A stretch of 64,000 bases of DNA from an uncultured Chloroflexia bacterium. Lineage in GTDB: Bacteria; Chloroflexota; Anaerolineae; CG2-30-64-16. Positions 20,519 to 29,495 of the stretch are shown here, one piece after another (the first letter of the stretch is position 1; each line of letters starts with the position of its first letter). Below the pieces are notes generated by a model that had not been told where the DNA came from, ran no database searches, and worked only from the letters and a program-made list of their open reading frames with translations. The translations under genes were made by a program, and so were the position numbers. The stretch spans positions 416,001-480,000 of the forward strand of contig CAVZDU010000007.1 of the NCBI GenBank assembly GCA_963774265.1, read 5' to 3'.

Positions 20519-21769
20519 TTATTCCTCGGCAGCTGGGTAGCTGCCCAGCAGTTTGAGAAACGCCGTGCGGGTCAGCAAACCCAGCAGCGCACGGTTAATG
20601 GTGGCGTCTTGCCAGTGTCCTTCGAGGTCCACATAGAAGACGTAGTGCCACGGCCGGTTGCGGCGGGGGCGGCTTTCAAGCTTGGTCAGGTTGATCCCGC
20701 GTGTCGCCAACTCGCCCAGGACATGGTACAGCGCACCCGGGGTGTGCATCGTGGCGAACACGATGGATGTCTTGTTGCGTTTCGCGGGGGGCGGCTCCTC
20801 GCGGCCCAGCAGGAAGAAGCGCGTGGTGTTATCCGGGGAATCCTCGATGCCCGCATCCAGCACCTCAAGCCCGTATATCTGCGCCGCGAGTGCGCTGGCG
20901 ATGGCTGCCGCGCCAGGTTCGGGCTTGGCTGCCAGCTCGCGCGCCGCGCCGGCCGTGTCGTAGGCGACGACCCCCTCCCACCCTCGCGTGCGCAGGTAGC
21001 GCTCGCATTGCGCCAGGGCCTGGTAGTGGGAGTGAACGCGCTCGATATCGGAGACCTGCGTCCCCGGCATGGCCATCAGGCTATGCCGCACGCGCAGTTT
21101 CACCTCGCCCACCACGCGCAGGTCGTGGTCCAGCAGCAGATCGAACGCCTGGTTAATGGAGCCTGCCTGCGAGTTCTCGACGGGCAGCAGGCCGAGGGTG
21201 GCGCGGCCCTCCTCGACGGCCCTGAAGACATCCTCAAAGGTCGGGCAGGCGAGGGTGGTCACCTGGGCGCCGAAACGTTGGTAGACGGCCTCTTGCGAGT
21301 AGGCCCCCGGCTCCCCCTGGAACGCGATCGTATGGTGGATGTCGAGCAGCTGCTTGCCGTTGGCGCGTGGCTCCTCAACCTGGGGCGCGGCCTCGGGCGG
21401 AGTGAACTCCGAACTCAGGTCGGGACGCAAGCGCACCGCGTCGCGGAGGTAGATGTGGCGGACGTCGTAAATGGGGCGCTCGGTGTTCCAGTGGATGAGG
21501 GTGCGGACGGTGTGGGGCAGGCTCTCCGCCACTTCGATCTCCACCGCACTCAGAAGCGGCACGTGATGCCAGCCGAACTCGCGGGCCGCGCGGGCCGGGT
21601 ATGCGGCGTCAAGATCGGGAGTCACGGTGAAGATGGCGCTTGCAACGTCTTCAGGGTTGACGCTGTTTGCAGTCACGATGGCGGCGAGCAGCTCCTGGGT
21701 GGCCTGCAAGATCGCTTCGGCGGAATTGGACTCCACGGTGGTTGCGCCGCGGATGCCTCGAACGGCCAT
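20519..21769 (-). CDS. pheA: AroH-class chorismate mutase fused to prephenate dehydratase-ACT
   Basis: N-terminal VRGIRGATT...YPARAAR...LRPDL (AroH); C-terminal [29 protein letters not shown]. Confidence 0.93.
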   Translation of the reverse strand: MAVRGIRGATTVESNSAEAILQATQELLAAIVTANSVNPEDVASAIFTVTPDLDAAYPARAAREFGWHHVPLLSAVEIEVAESLPHTVRTLIHWNTERPIYDVRHIYLRDAVRLRPDLSSEFTPPEAAPQVEEPRANGKQLLDIHHTIAFQGEPGAYSQEAVYQRFGAQVTTLACPTFEDVFRAVEEGRATLGLLPVENSQAGSINQAFDLLLDHDLRVVGEVKLRVRHSLMAMPGTQVSDIERVHSHYQALAQCERYLRTRGWEGVVAYDTAGAARELAAKPEPGAAAIASALAAQIYGLEVLDAGIEDSPDNTTRFFLLGREEPPPAKRNKTSIVFATMHTPGALYHVLGELATRGINLTKLESRPRRNRPWHYVFYVDLEGHWQDATINRALLGLLTRTAFLKLLGSYPAAEE

Positions 21770-21801
21770 GATAAGACCTCCTGCTGGTTTGAGTTACGAT
21801 C

Positions 21802-21837
21802 AAAAAAAAGAGCGTGGAAGCTTGGGCCTCCACGCTC
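21802..21837 (-). terminator. attenuator terminator in the 5' leader of the aro operon
   Basis: Minus strand GAGCGTGGAG-GCCCAAG-CTTCCACGCTC followed by T8, about 30 nt before the first start codon. Confidence 0.85.
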
Positions 21838-21861
21838 GGCTAAACTAGGCTGGACTGGGCA

Positions 21862-21963
21862 TCATCGCTGCAGCGGCACACCATTTGCAGCCGGCGGGGG
21901 GCAAAGCCGGGGCGGGCTGGTAAAATAATAGTAGAAATTGGCGCCGCTGAGCTGAGAACGCAT
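21862..21963 (-). CDS. putative Phe/Tyr attenuation leader peptide MRSQLSGANFYYYFTSPPRLCPPPAANGVPLQR
   Basis: Five consecutive aromatic codons TTC TAC TAT TAT TTT; GAGGT RBS; lies between promoter and terminator. Confidence 0.8.
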   Translation of the reverse strand: MRSQLSGANFYYYFTSPPRLCPPPAANGVPLQR

Positions 21964-22004
21964 CGACCGATGACCTCAGGTCCGGAATCTCACGAAGTGG
22001 CGAG

Positions 22005-22034
22005 ATCATAGCACGCCGGCCTTGGATTTGTCAA
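22005..22034 (-). promoter_or_regulatory. sigma70 promoter of the aro operon, TTGACA-N18-TATGAT with extended -10
   Basis: Hexamers read directly on the minus strand. Confidence 0.7.
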
Positions 22035-22069
22035 ACCGCGAATTTTGCCACACAGGTCGCGTGCCGTGC

Positions 22070-22102
22070 AGGTGCCGGGCACTTTCAAAGTGCCCGGCAC
22101 CT
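22070..22102. repeat. REP-like palindrome, copy 2
   Basis: AGGTGCCGGGCACTTTCAAAGTGCCCGGCACCT. Confidence 0.9.
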
Positions 22103-22117
22103 TGTGCCATGACACCG

Positions 22118-22259
22118 GTAACGCTGTAACACCCAATACCTTAAGATGTGTATACCCCTTTATCAATCATTTTTGCTGAGCCAGGACGTTCTTGCAGGCC
22201 TCAAAAAAGATAGAGAGGGGGGAGTATATATCTTATGGTAGCAGGTGTTACTGTGTTAC
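22118..22259. repeat. AT-rich ~140-bp imperfect inverted-repeat element
   Basis: Left arm GTAACGCTGTAACACCCAATACCTTAAGAT; reverse complement of right arm GTAACACAGTAACACCTGCTACCATAAGAT. Confidence 0.75.
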
Positions 22260-22497
22260 GGTGGTCCTGCACGAGGGCGTGGTCGGCCAGTCGTCACCGC
22301 CCGAGCAAGGGCGCGGCGCTGCCGACAGTCTGTGGCCCAAATGTCGAGATTTGCGACATTTGCGCAGGTGCCCGGCACCTTGAGCAATGCGGGTGACGCT
22401 GGTCCGTGATGGGCGGACGCGCCCCAGGATGCAGTCGAGCGATCCCCGGATGATGTTCACAGTCGTACGCCTACTTCTGAAAGGAGAAAGTCGAAAC

Positions 22498-22821
22498 ATG
22501 GTTGTTCGAATCTGGCACGGATGGACCACTCCGACCAACGCCGATGAATATGAGGCACTGCTTAAGGAGGAAATCTTCGTCGGCATTCAGAACCGGCACA
22601 TTCGCGGCTTCCAGGGCATTCAGCTTCTCCGGCGCGAACTCGGCGCAGAAGTCGAGTTTGTGACGATTATGTGCTTTGATTCGCTGGATGCTGTCCGGGA
22701 GTTTGCAGGCGAGGACTACGAAGCAAGTGTTGTCCCGGCGCAGGCAAGAGCAGTGCTCTCCCATTTTGATGAACGATCGCAGCACTATGAACTCAGGGCC
22801 GAGAGGAGCGGGGCAGGCTGA
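22498..22821 (+). CDS. antibiotic biosynthesis monooxygenase (ABM) family protein
   Basis: RIWHGWT, EFVTIMCFDSLDAVREFAGEDYE; AGGAG RBS. Confidence 0.8.
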   Translation: MVVRIWHGWTTPTNADEYEALLKEEIFVGIQNRHIRGFQGIQLLRRELGAEVEFVTIMCFDSLDAVREFAGEDYEASVVPAQARAVLSHFDERSQHYELRAERSGAG

Positions 22822-22926
22822 CGCACATGACTTGTCGCTCGCGCGCTCAGCCGCGTGGGACACGCCAGGCCGAGAATAGCCACCGGTCCGGCCGCCGGCT
22901 GCGCTAACCCCATCGGCGACACGATC

Positions 22927-22954
22927 TTGACGCCGGTCGCACTCCTGATACAAT
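22927..22954 (+). promoter_or_regulatory. sigma70 promoter TTGACG-N16-TACAAT
   Basis: Near-consensus hexamers with TG extension upstream of the response regulator. Confidence 0.6.
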
Positions 22955-23019
22955 AATTGCGGGATGGCGGCCGATTTCAGGCGCGTGACCGGTCGGGACA
23001 CCGAAGGAGATGCGACCCC

Positions 23020-23757
23020 ATGGATGCGACCCCCTCGCTGCCGGCAGAAAAGATCCGGGTGCTGATCGTGGACGATCATGCCATCGTGCGCCAGGGACTG
23101 CGGACCTTCCTGGAGTTGCAGACCGAAGGTTCCGCTCTGCCCATCGAGGTCGTGGGCGAGGCGGTCAATGGCATCGAGGCGATCGAGCTCAGCCGGCGCA
23201 CGCAACCGGATGTCGTCCTGCTCGATCTGGTCATGCCGCAGATGGACGGCATCCAGGCCACGCCCAGGATCCTCGAAAGCAGCCCTCACACACGGGTCGT
23301 CATCCTCACCAGCTTCGGCGAAGAAGACAAGGTTCTGCCGGCCATACGCGCCGGCGCGCAGGGGTACCTGCTCAAGGATATTCCGCCGGCCGAGCTGGTG
23401 CGCGCGGTGCGCGACGTGCATCTCGGCAAGGTGCAGTTGCACCCGGAAGCCGCCCGGAGACTGATGTCGGCGGTTGCGGCATCTCCGGATGCGTCATCTG
23501 CGGACGCGGCGAAGGAAGAGACGGCCAAAAGCCGCGCCGCGACCAAACCCGAGAGCGGATTGACCGGACGCGAGCAGGAAATCCTGGGCCTGATCGCCGG
23601 CGGCTTGAGCAACCGCGAGATCGCCGCGAAACTGGTCATCAGCCAAAAGACGGTCAAGACTCACGTCAGCAACATCCTCGGCAAACTGGGCCTGGCAGAC
23701 CGCACGCAGGCCGCCATCTACGCGCTGCGGCACGGCCCACCCACGGATTCGGGTTGA
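23020..23757 (+). CDS. NarL/LuxR family response regulator
   Basis: IVDDHAIVRQG, LLDLVMP, LTGREQEIL...TVKTHVSNILGKL. Confidence 0.96.
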   Translation: MDATPSLPAEKIRVLIVDDHAIVRQGLRTFLELQTEGSALPIEVVGEAVNGIEAIELSRRTQPDVVLLDLVMPQMDGIQATPRILESSPHTRVVILTSFGEEDKVLPAIRAGAQGYLLKDIPPAELVRAVRDVHLGKVQLHPEAARRLMSAVAASPDASSADAAKEETAKSRAATKPESGLTGREQEILGLIAGGLSNREIAAKLVISQKTVKTHVSNILGKLGLADRTQAAIYALRHGPPTDSG

Positions 23758-24959
23758 TGCGCACAACGGGCGTCTGGTTGATCTTCGCTGCGGTGGCAGT
23801 GCGCGGGGTCGTGGTTTTGTCCGGTGAGCCCCGGTTCCTGCCGGCGATGGGATTGCTGGCCGCGTATGGCTTGCTCCTATTCGCCGCAACGTGGATCAGG
23901 CATCGCCGAAGCCCCGGGCTCCCACTGTCTCCGGGGGGCAAATGGTGGGCGCTGGCTTACCTCAGTCTTCAATTTTCCATCGTGCTGCGGCTGCTGGTCG
24001 TCTCGACATATGAGGACTTCTTCGCGAGCCTTGTCATCCCACTGGGCCTGGACGCGGTGTTCTTTTTCGGCACACGGGTCGGCTTTCTCTGTATCGCAGC
24101 CTTCTCGCTGGCGCTGATCCGCACATTGCTGTTTTCGGACGTGGGCCAGCTTTTTGGACTGGCAATGGGAGTGCTCTACAGCGGATTGTCCTTCCTGGTC
24201 GGCGGATATGCCCACCAGGTACAAAAGGCCGAAGCCAGCCAGGACCACAACCGGCGCACCTTCGACGAACTGCAGGCCGCGCACCGCCAGCTGCAAGGCT
24301 ACGCCGACCAGGCGACCAGCCTGGCTGTCGAACACGAACGTAACCGGTTGGCGCGCGACCTGCACGACTCGGTCACGCAGACGGTCTTCAGCATGAACCT
24401 GGCCGCGCAGTCCACCCGCCTGCTGCTCGATCGGGACCCGTCCCGTGCCGCGGGCCAGTTGCTCCGCCTCGAGGAGCTGGCCGCGAACGCGCAGGCTGAG
24501 ATCCAGTCCCTCGTCACGCAATTGCGCCCGCGTTCCGTGACCGACGACGGACTCCCGACCGCGCTGCGGCGCCTGGCCGCGGAACGACAGGAGCGAGACG
24601 ATCTGCAGGTCTCGCTGGAAGTCAAGGGCGAGAGAGCCGTGTCCGAAGCGGAGGCAGCCGGGCTGTACGCCATCGCGCAGGAGGCGCTGACCAACGTTGC
24701 CAAACACAGCGGTGCGCGCCAGGCAACCGTCCGTCTGGATGTGACCACGGCGGGCGCCTGCCTGGAGATCGAGGATCGCGGCGCGGGCTTCGATCTGGCC
24801 GCAGCCTCGAGCCAGCCCGGACATTTCGGCCTGGCGGGCATGACCGAGCGGGCGCGTGAGATCGGCTGGCGCCTGTCGATCGAGGCGCGGCCTCGCCAGG
24901 GCACGTGCATCCGCGTGACCGCGAATCCGTCCGGGGGTGGCCCGGGAGGTGTGCAATGA
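23757..24959 (+). CDS. membrane sensor histidine kinase (HisKA_3 + HATPase)
   Basis: TM helices, ERNRLARDLHDSV, QEALTNVAKH, DRGAGF, GLAGM. Confidence 0.93.
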   Translation: MRTTGVWLIFAAVAVRGVVVLSGEPRFLPAMGLLAAYGLLLFAATWIRHRRSPGLPLSPGGKWWALAYLSLQFSIVLRLLVVSTYEDFFASLVIPLGLDAVFFFGTRVGFLCIAAFSLALIRTLLFSDVGQLFGLAMGVLYSGLSFLVGGYAHQVQKAEASQDHNRRTFDELQAAHRQLQGYADQATSLAVEHERNRLARDLHDSVTQTVFSMNLAAQSTRLLLDRDPSRAAGQLLRLEELAANAQAEIQSLVTQLRPRSVTDDGLPTALRRLAAERQERDDLQVSLEVKGERAVSEAEAAGLYAIAQEALTNVAKHSGARQATVRLDVTTAGACLEIEDRGAGFDLAAASSQPGHFGLAGMTERAREIGWRLSIEARPRQGTCIRVTANPSGGGPGGVQ

Positions 24960-25738
24960 ACCGGACAGAGCCGTCGAGCGGCTACCAGGGCGGCTATCTG
25001 GTCGGCTTCGTCTTGATCGCCGTGGTCGCGCTGCGGCTTGCGCTTCTCCATCGTCCGAACCTCCTCGCCCCGATCCTGCTCCTCGCGATCTACAGCGTGC
25101 TATACAGCCTGGAACCCTGGCTCTCAAGCCATATTGGGTGGCAAAGGTTCCTGTACTTCCCTTTGCAGACCGGCATCGTGATTGCCCTGTCCAACCTGCG
25201 CCCATTCCTGGATGTGCCATCGGCTCTGTACGTTCCCCTCGGCATCCAGGTGGTGCGCACATTTCCCCGCCGTACCGCGGCGGCCTGGCTGATCCTCTAT
25301 GCTGTCCTGATGGGCGCCACCCTGCTACTCGGTATGCCCTGGGCGGAGGGTCTAGCCCTCTTGCTGCTCAACCTCGCGGTCGCCGCGTTTCTCATCTCCT
25401 ATGATCTCCTCTATTCGCGGATGCAGGCCGACCAGGCCGAAAGCCAGCGCCTGTTGACGGCCCTGCAGTCAGCCCACCAGCAATTGCAGGAATACGCCAG
25501 CCAGGCCGAGGAGCTGGCCGCAGCGCGTGAACGCAACCGACTGGCGCGCGAGCTGCACGACTCGGTCAGCCAGGTGATTTTCGGCATCTGGCTGACCTCG
25601 CAATCGGCGCGCATCCTCCTGGAGCGTGAGCCGGCCCGCGTTCCCGAACAGGTCGACCGCCTGCAGGCCATGACCGCAGGTGCGCTCGCCCAGCTGCGCT
25701 CGCTGATCGCCCAATTGCGTCCCCCTCGAGACTCCTGA
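24956..25738 (+). CDS. membrane HisKA_3 protein lacking the HATPase domain
   Basis: TM helices and ERNRLARELHDSV; stops right after LIAQLRPP. Confidence 0.85.
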   Translation: MNRTEPSSGYQGGYLVGFVLIAVVALRLALLHRPNLLAPILLLAIYSVLYSLEPWLSSHIGWQRFLYFPLQTGIVIALSNLRPFLDVPSALYVPLGIQVVRTFPRRTAAAWLILYAVLMGATLLLGMPWAEGLALLLLNLAVAAFLISYDLLYSRMQADQAESQRLLTALQSAHQQLQEYASQAEELAAARERNRLARELHDSVSQVIFGIWLTSQSARILLEREPARVPEQVDRLQAMTAGALAQLRSLIAQLRPPRDS

Positions 25739-25906
25739 GATCAGAGATCCTTCGATCCCATCTGCGACCGTAGACCTACTCCTACATCTCAAGTCGCAGC
25801 GCGAAAATCCGCCTGCTGGCGCAGGCACAGTTACATCTCACGCCAGATGTGCTGCTGCCCGTCCGCGCGTATAGTAAGGACGAGGTTAACGGGAAAGGAG
25901 TCTCTC

Positions 25907-27121
25907 ATGGAACCCCAACCCACTCAGCGGCGGTATGACCTGGATTGGCTGCGCGTGCTGGCCTTCAGCGGCGTCTTCTTCTATCACTGCGCCCGCTTCT
26001 TCAACAGCAGCGACTGGGAGATGAAGAACGCCGTAACCAGCCCGTTGGTCGATATCTTCACCGGCATCTTCGAGATGTGGGGCATGCCCCTGCTCTTCGC
26101 CATCTCCGGGGCGAGCATCTTCTTCGCCCTGCGGCCTGGCGGCGCGATGCGCTTCCTGCGAGACCGTGGTCTGCGCCTGCTTGTGCCGCTGGCGCTCGGC
26201 ATCCTGGTGATGGGCCCCCCGCAGGTCTATCTGGCGCGATTGACACACGGTGACTTCGAGGGCAGTTTCCTCCAGTTCCTGCCCCTTTACTTCGATGGCA
26301 ACCCTTTCAATGGCAACTTCGCCTGGACGGGCGTGCATCTGTGGTACCTGGAATATCTTTTCCTGTTCACGCTCGTATTGACGCCGCTTTTCGTCTGTCT
26401 GAAGCGGCCGTCCGGCCTGCGCTTGCTCGCGAGCCTCAGCCGATTCTCGGTGCGGCCCGGCGCGATCTTCCTTTGGGTGCTGCCGTTCGTGGTCTTGCTC
26501 AGCCTGGTAGATCCTTACGGCCTGCTCAGGCCCGGAGTGACTGAATCCGCCGGGCGCCTGATGTACCTTCCCTTCCCGCTCCTCGGATACCTGGTCTTTG
26601 CCGACTGCAGCATCCAGCAGGCGATCATCCAGCAACGGCGTGCGGCGCTGATTCTGGCGCTGGCGCTGACGCCGGCCATACCGCTGATCACGATAGGGAT
26701 CGAGGAGTGGGGCTGGGTGCTCAACGTGCCGGGCTTCGTGCTGGTGATGGTGCTGGGTGGACTGCTTATCTGGGCCTACCTCCTGGCATTCTTCGGCTAC
26801 GGGATGCGCTACCTGACGGTCAACCACCCGGTGCTCGCCTACGCCAATGAGGCGGTCCTGCCGTTTTACATCCTGCACCAGCCGGTGATCCTGTTCGTCG
26901 GGTGCTTCGTTATCCCACTGGCGCTCCCGATCGCAGTCAAGTATCTGATCATCACCCCGCTGGCGTTCGGCATCACGCTCGGGCTGTACGAGGTCGGCGT
27001 CCGCCGGGTGAACCCGGTGCGGTTCATCTTCGGGCTGAAGCCGCGGCAACAGGCGACGCCTGCCTTTGCCCAGATCCAGGCGGGATCGAAGGTGGAGACA
27101 TCGCGAGCGACGGAAGGGTGA
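25907..27121 (+). CDS. acyltransferase family 3 (OpgC/MdoC-like) membrane protein
   Basis: RRYDLDWLRV, MPLLFAISG, HLWYL, YANEAVLPFYILHQ. Confidence 0.9.
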   Translation: MEPQPTQRRYDLDWLRVLAFSGVFFYHCARFFNSSDWEMKNAVTSPLVDIFTGIFEMWGMPLLFAISGASIFFALRPGGAMRFLRDRGLRLLVPLALGILVMGPPQVYLARLTHGDFEGSFLQFLPLYFDGNPFNGNFAWTGVHLWYLEYLFLFTLVLTPLFVCLKRPSGLRLLASLSRFSVRPGAIFLWVLPFVVLLSLVDPYGLLRPGVTESAGRLMYLPFPLLGYLVFADCSIQQAIIQQRRAALILALALTPAIPLITIGIEEWGWVLNVPGFVLVMVLGGLLIWAYLLAFFGYGMRYLTVNHPVLAYANEAVLPFYILHQPVILFVGCFVIPLALPIAVKYLIITPLAFGITLGLYEVGVRRVNPVRFIFGLKPRQQATPAFAQIQAGSKVETSRATEG

Positions 27122-27153
27122 CAGGGTGTCGGAGGAAGCCAGGAGAGGCCGGC

Positions 27154-27537
27154 ATGGCAGACATTGACAACGCGTGCATATCCGTACTGATCGTGGACGA
27201 TGTAGCGTCCGTGCGGCGGGAGCTCCGGACGGCCCTGACCCTGTCCGGGAACATCGAGATCGTTGGTGAGGCGGCTAACGGCGCCGAGGCGGTCCGGCAG
27301 GCCGAATCGCTGGAACCGGCGGTCGTGCTGATGGACCTGGAGATGCCCGTGATGGATGGTTACGAAGCGACACGCCGGATCAAGAGCCGCTGCCCCGCGT
27401 GCCGGGTTATTGCGCTGACCGTGCACGGCTACGAGTCCGCCCGCCGGAGAGCATCCCAGTCCGGAGTGGATGGGTTCGTGGTCAAAGGCGCTCCGCTGGA
27501 GAACCTGGTGGATGTCATGTTGAAGCCGAAGGGGTAG
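27154..27537 (+). CDS. stand-alone receiver-domain response regulator
   Basis: LIVDD, LMDLEMP, LT, K; no output domain. Confidence 0.88.
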   Translation: MADIDNACISVLIVDDVASVRRELRTALTLSGNIEIVGEAANGAEAVRQAESLEPAVVLMDLEMPVMDGYEATRRIKSRCPACRVIALTVHGYESARRRASQSGVDGFVVKGAPLENLVDVMLKPKG

Positions 27538-27857
27538 GCCACGGAACCCAAGTCGAGACGAAGCCGATGAAGTCGGGCTGCACGGCCGGCCTCGTTGACG
27601 GCCAGAACCAGGTACGAGCGATTGGTGGCCGGCTCGGCTACCGCGCCGAGGTCCCGAACACCCAGGCCGTAGGCCCGCATGCGATTTACGGCCGCCGCGC
27701 AGTCGCCGCCGGGGACGAAGTAAGGATTTCCTTCGGTGCCTGACACTCTGACAGGGGGATCTCTCTTACGTCATCGCAGACGCGTGAGAGTGTCAATGGG
27801 CAGTTCCTCTTCTGTGGCGGCAAGACCACCAGGTGTGCGCGCCCCCGGCCCGGCGTC

Positions 27858-28541
27858 TCAATAGGGTGGATCCGCCGGCCCGGTGTATCCGCACAAGCCG
27901 ACGCGCGGTGAATTGACCAACGGTATCGGCTCGCCGTAGTTGTCATGGGGATGTCGTTTTGCGTGTTCTGGGCACAGCGTTCCCCACTCATCGTGTTCGA
28001 TCACGCATTCCATGCACAACCAGGCGGCCGGCTGGCCGCATTCGACGCATTCATGAGGAGGCGCCACATTCCGGACCAGGAGCGTGATCGGGTGGACCGA
28101 CAGCGGCTTGCCCTTGCGCCGGCCCACAGCGCGCATGAGGGTGATGGAGGATGATCCGAAGTCGTAAATGTGGGTCAGCTCGACTCCTGGCTGGAAAACG
28201 TCCTCGATCCGGCGCCTCATGGGAATCTCATCCCCTTGCCAACCGCCAATCGAAAACTGACTCAGATGCCCGCAGCACTCCAGCCAGATCGCGCGCAAGT
28301 ACTCGTCCAGCTTCTTCAATGTGGCGAGGCCCCTTATCTCCAGGTCCAACCAGAATTCAGGCAGGCCCTCAGCCTGAACCCGAAGATGAACCAGAGTCTC
28401 GTCGTCGCGCTTTTTGCCTGCAGCCTTTGCCACGGCATCCTGCCAGTAGGTGCAGGCAGCCAGATGCCTTGCAACTCCGCTCTTGGCGGTCTCTCGCCCG
28501 CAAAAAACGCAATTACCCCTGGATTGCTTTCCGCGCGGCAT
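27858..28541 (-). CDS. conserved hypothetical Zn-finger protein (pRiA4b ORF3-like core)
   Basis: CxxC...H...C, WLECCGHLS, YDFGS, CxxC clusters, NSPRVGLCGY. Confidence 0.7.
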   Translation of the reverse strand: MPRGKQSRGNCVFCGRETAKSGVARHLAACTYWQDAVAKAAGKKRDDETLVHLRVQAEGLPEFWLDLEIRGLATLKKLDEYLRAIWLECCGHLSQFSIGGWQGDEIPMRRRIEDVFQPGVELTHIYDFGSSSITLMRAVGRRKGKPLSVHPITLLVRNVAPPHECVECGQPAAWLCMECVIEHDEWGTLCPEHAKRHPHDNYGEPIPLVNSPRVGLCGYTGPADPPY

Positions 28542-28773
28542 AGGTCTCTCCTTTGTTTCAAGTACTCGTCATTGTACCACTTTTCGCAACAAGATCATCG
28601 CTGATGGAGAAGGGGCACGACCGCGCGGCCAGACGCCCGTCACCGTTTGCGCATTTCGCCCGGCTCTGCAATTGCACGTTGGGCTGCACCGCCGTACAAT
28701 AAAGCCCTGTTGACAGGTCGCGCCGACATGGCGGCGCCATCTGAAGGCGTCATCCGATCAAGGGGGGTGCGTC

Positions 28774-29316
28774 ATGGCAATTGGAGAGGCCAAATCGAGG
28801 GTCGTCGCCCGCATCTGGCAATCGATTGCGTCGAGCGGGGTGCCGGTGAACGCCATTCCGAAGGAACAGCTCGATGCGCTGGTGAACGCCATCGCAGACG
28901 GCGTGCTGCTCGCGGTGGATCATGAGCTGGCAGAGGCCGGGCTGGCCGCGCGCAGCGAGGGGGATGCGGCTGAAACGCCCTCGGCGGGGGAAAAGGTTCT
29001 GTGGGAGGGCCGGCCGTTCCTATCCCTCACCACCTTCTACCGGATCACCAACGAACGCGTGCGCGTTCGACACGGCCTGCTCGGCCGGGATTTCGATGAC
29101 ATTGAGCTCATCCGTATTCAGGACCTGGACCGCTCGCAGGGGATGGTGGAACGGATGCTCGCCATCGGGGATGTGATCATCAGGAGCTCGGACCCGTCCC
29201 GGCCCGAGTTGGTCCTGGAGAACGTGCCGGACCCCGACAAGGTGCACGAGATCCTGCGCAGCGGCATGCTGGAGGCGCGTAAGAAGTTCCGCTACAGCGT
29301 CCAGGAAGAGATGTAG
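28774..29316 (+). CDS. bacterial PH domain-containing protein
   Basis: LWEGRP, YRITNERV..GLLG..IELIRIQD..QGMVERMLAIGD. Confidence 0.8.
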   Translation: MAIGEAKSRVVARIWQSIASSGVPVNAIPKEQLDALVNAIADGVLLAVDHELAEAGLAARSEGDAAETPSAGEKVLWEGRPFLSLTTFYRITNERVRVRHGLLGRDFDDIELIRIQDLDRSQGMVERMLAIGDVIIRSSDPSRPELVLENVPDPDKVHEILRSGMLEARKKFRYSVQEEM

Positions 29317-29389
29317 GGGGACGCGCGCATTTCGCATTGCGCGCGAGCCTGCCGCATCGTTGTGCGCACCGCCGGCGCGCTCACCAGTT

Positions 29390-29425
29390 AATCGAGCAAG
29401 GTTGGCTACAAAACCTTGCTCGATT
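29390..29425. repeat. perfect 14-bp inverted repeat with 8-nt spacer
   Basis: AATCGAGCAAGGTT-GGCTACAA-AACCTTGCTCGATT. Confidence 0.8.
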
Positions 29426-29495
29426 TCGCCTTCGACTTCCCCGATAGGGTAAATGTCATGCCAATGCAATAACCGCCATAAAGCTGGGAAGCAAA

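Noticed and set aside
21780-21990. T-box riboswitch
   Set aside because: No T-box consensus recognised; the leader peptide explains the terminator
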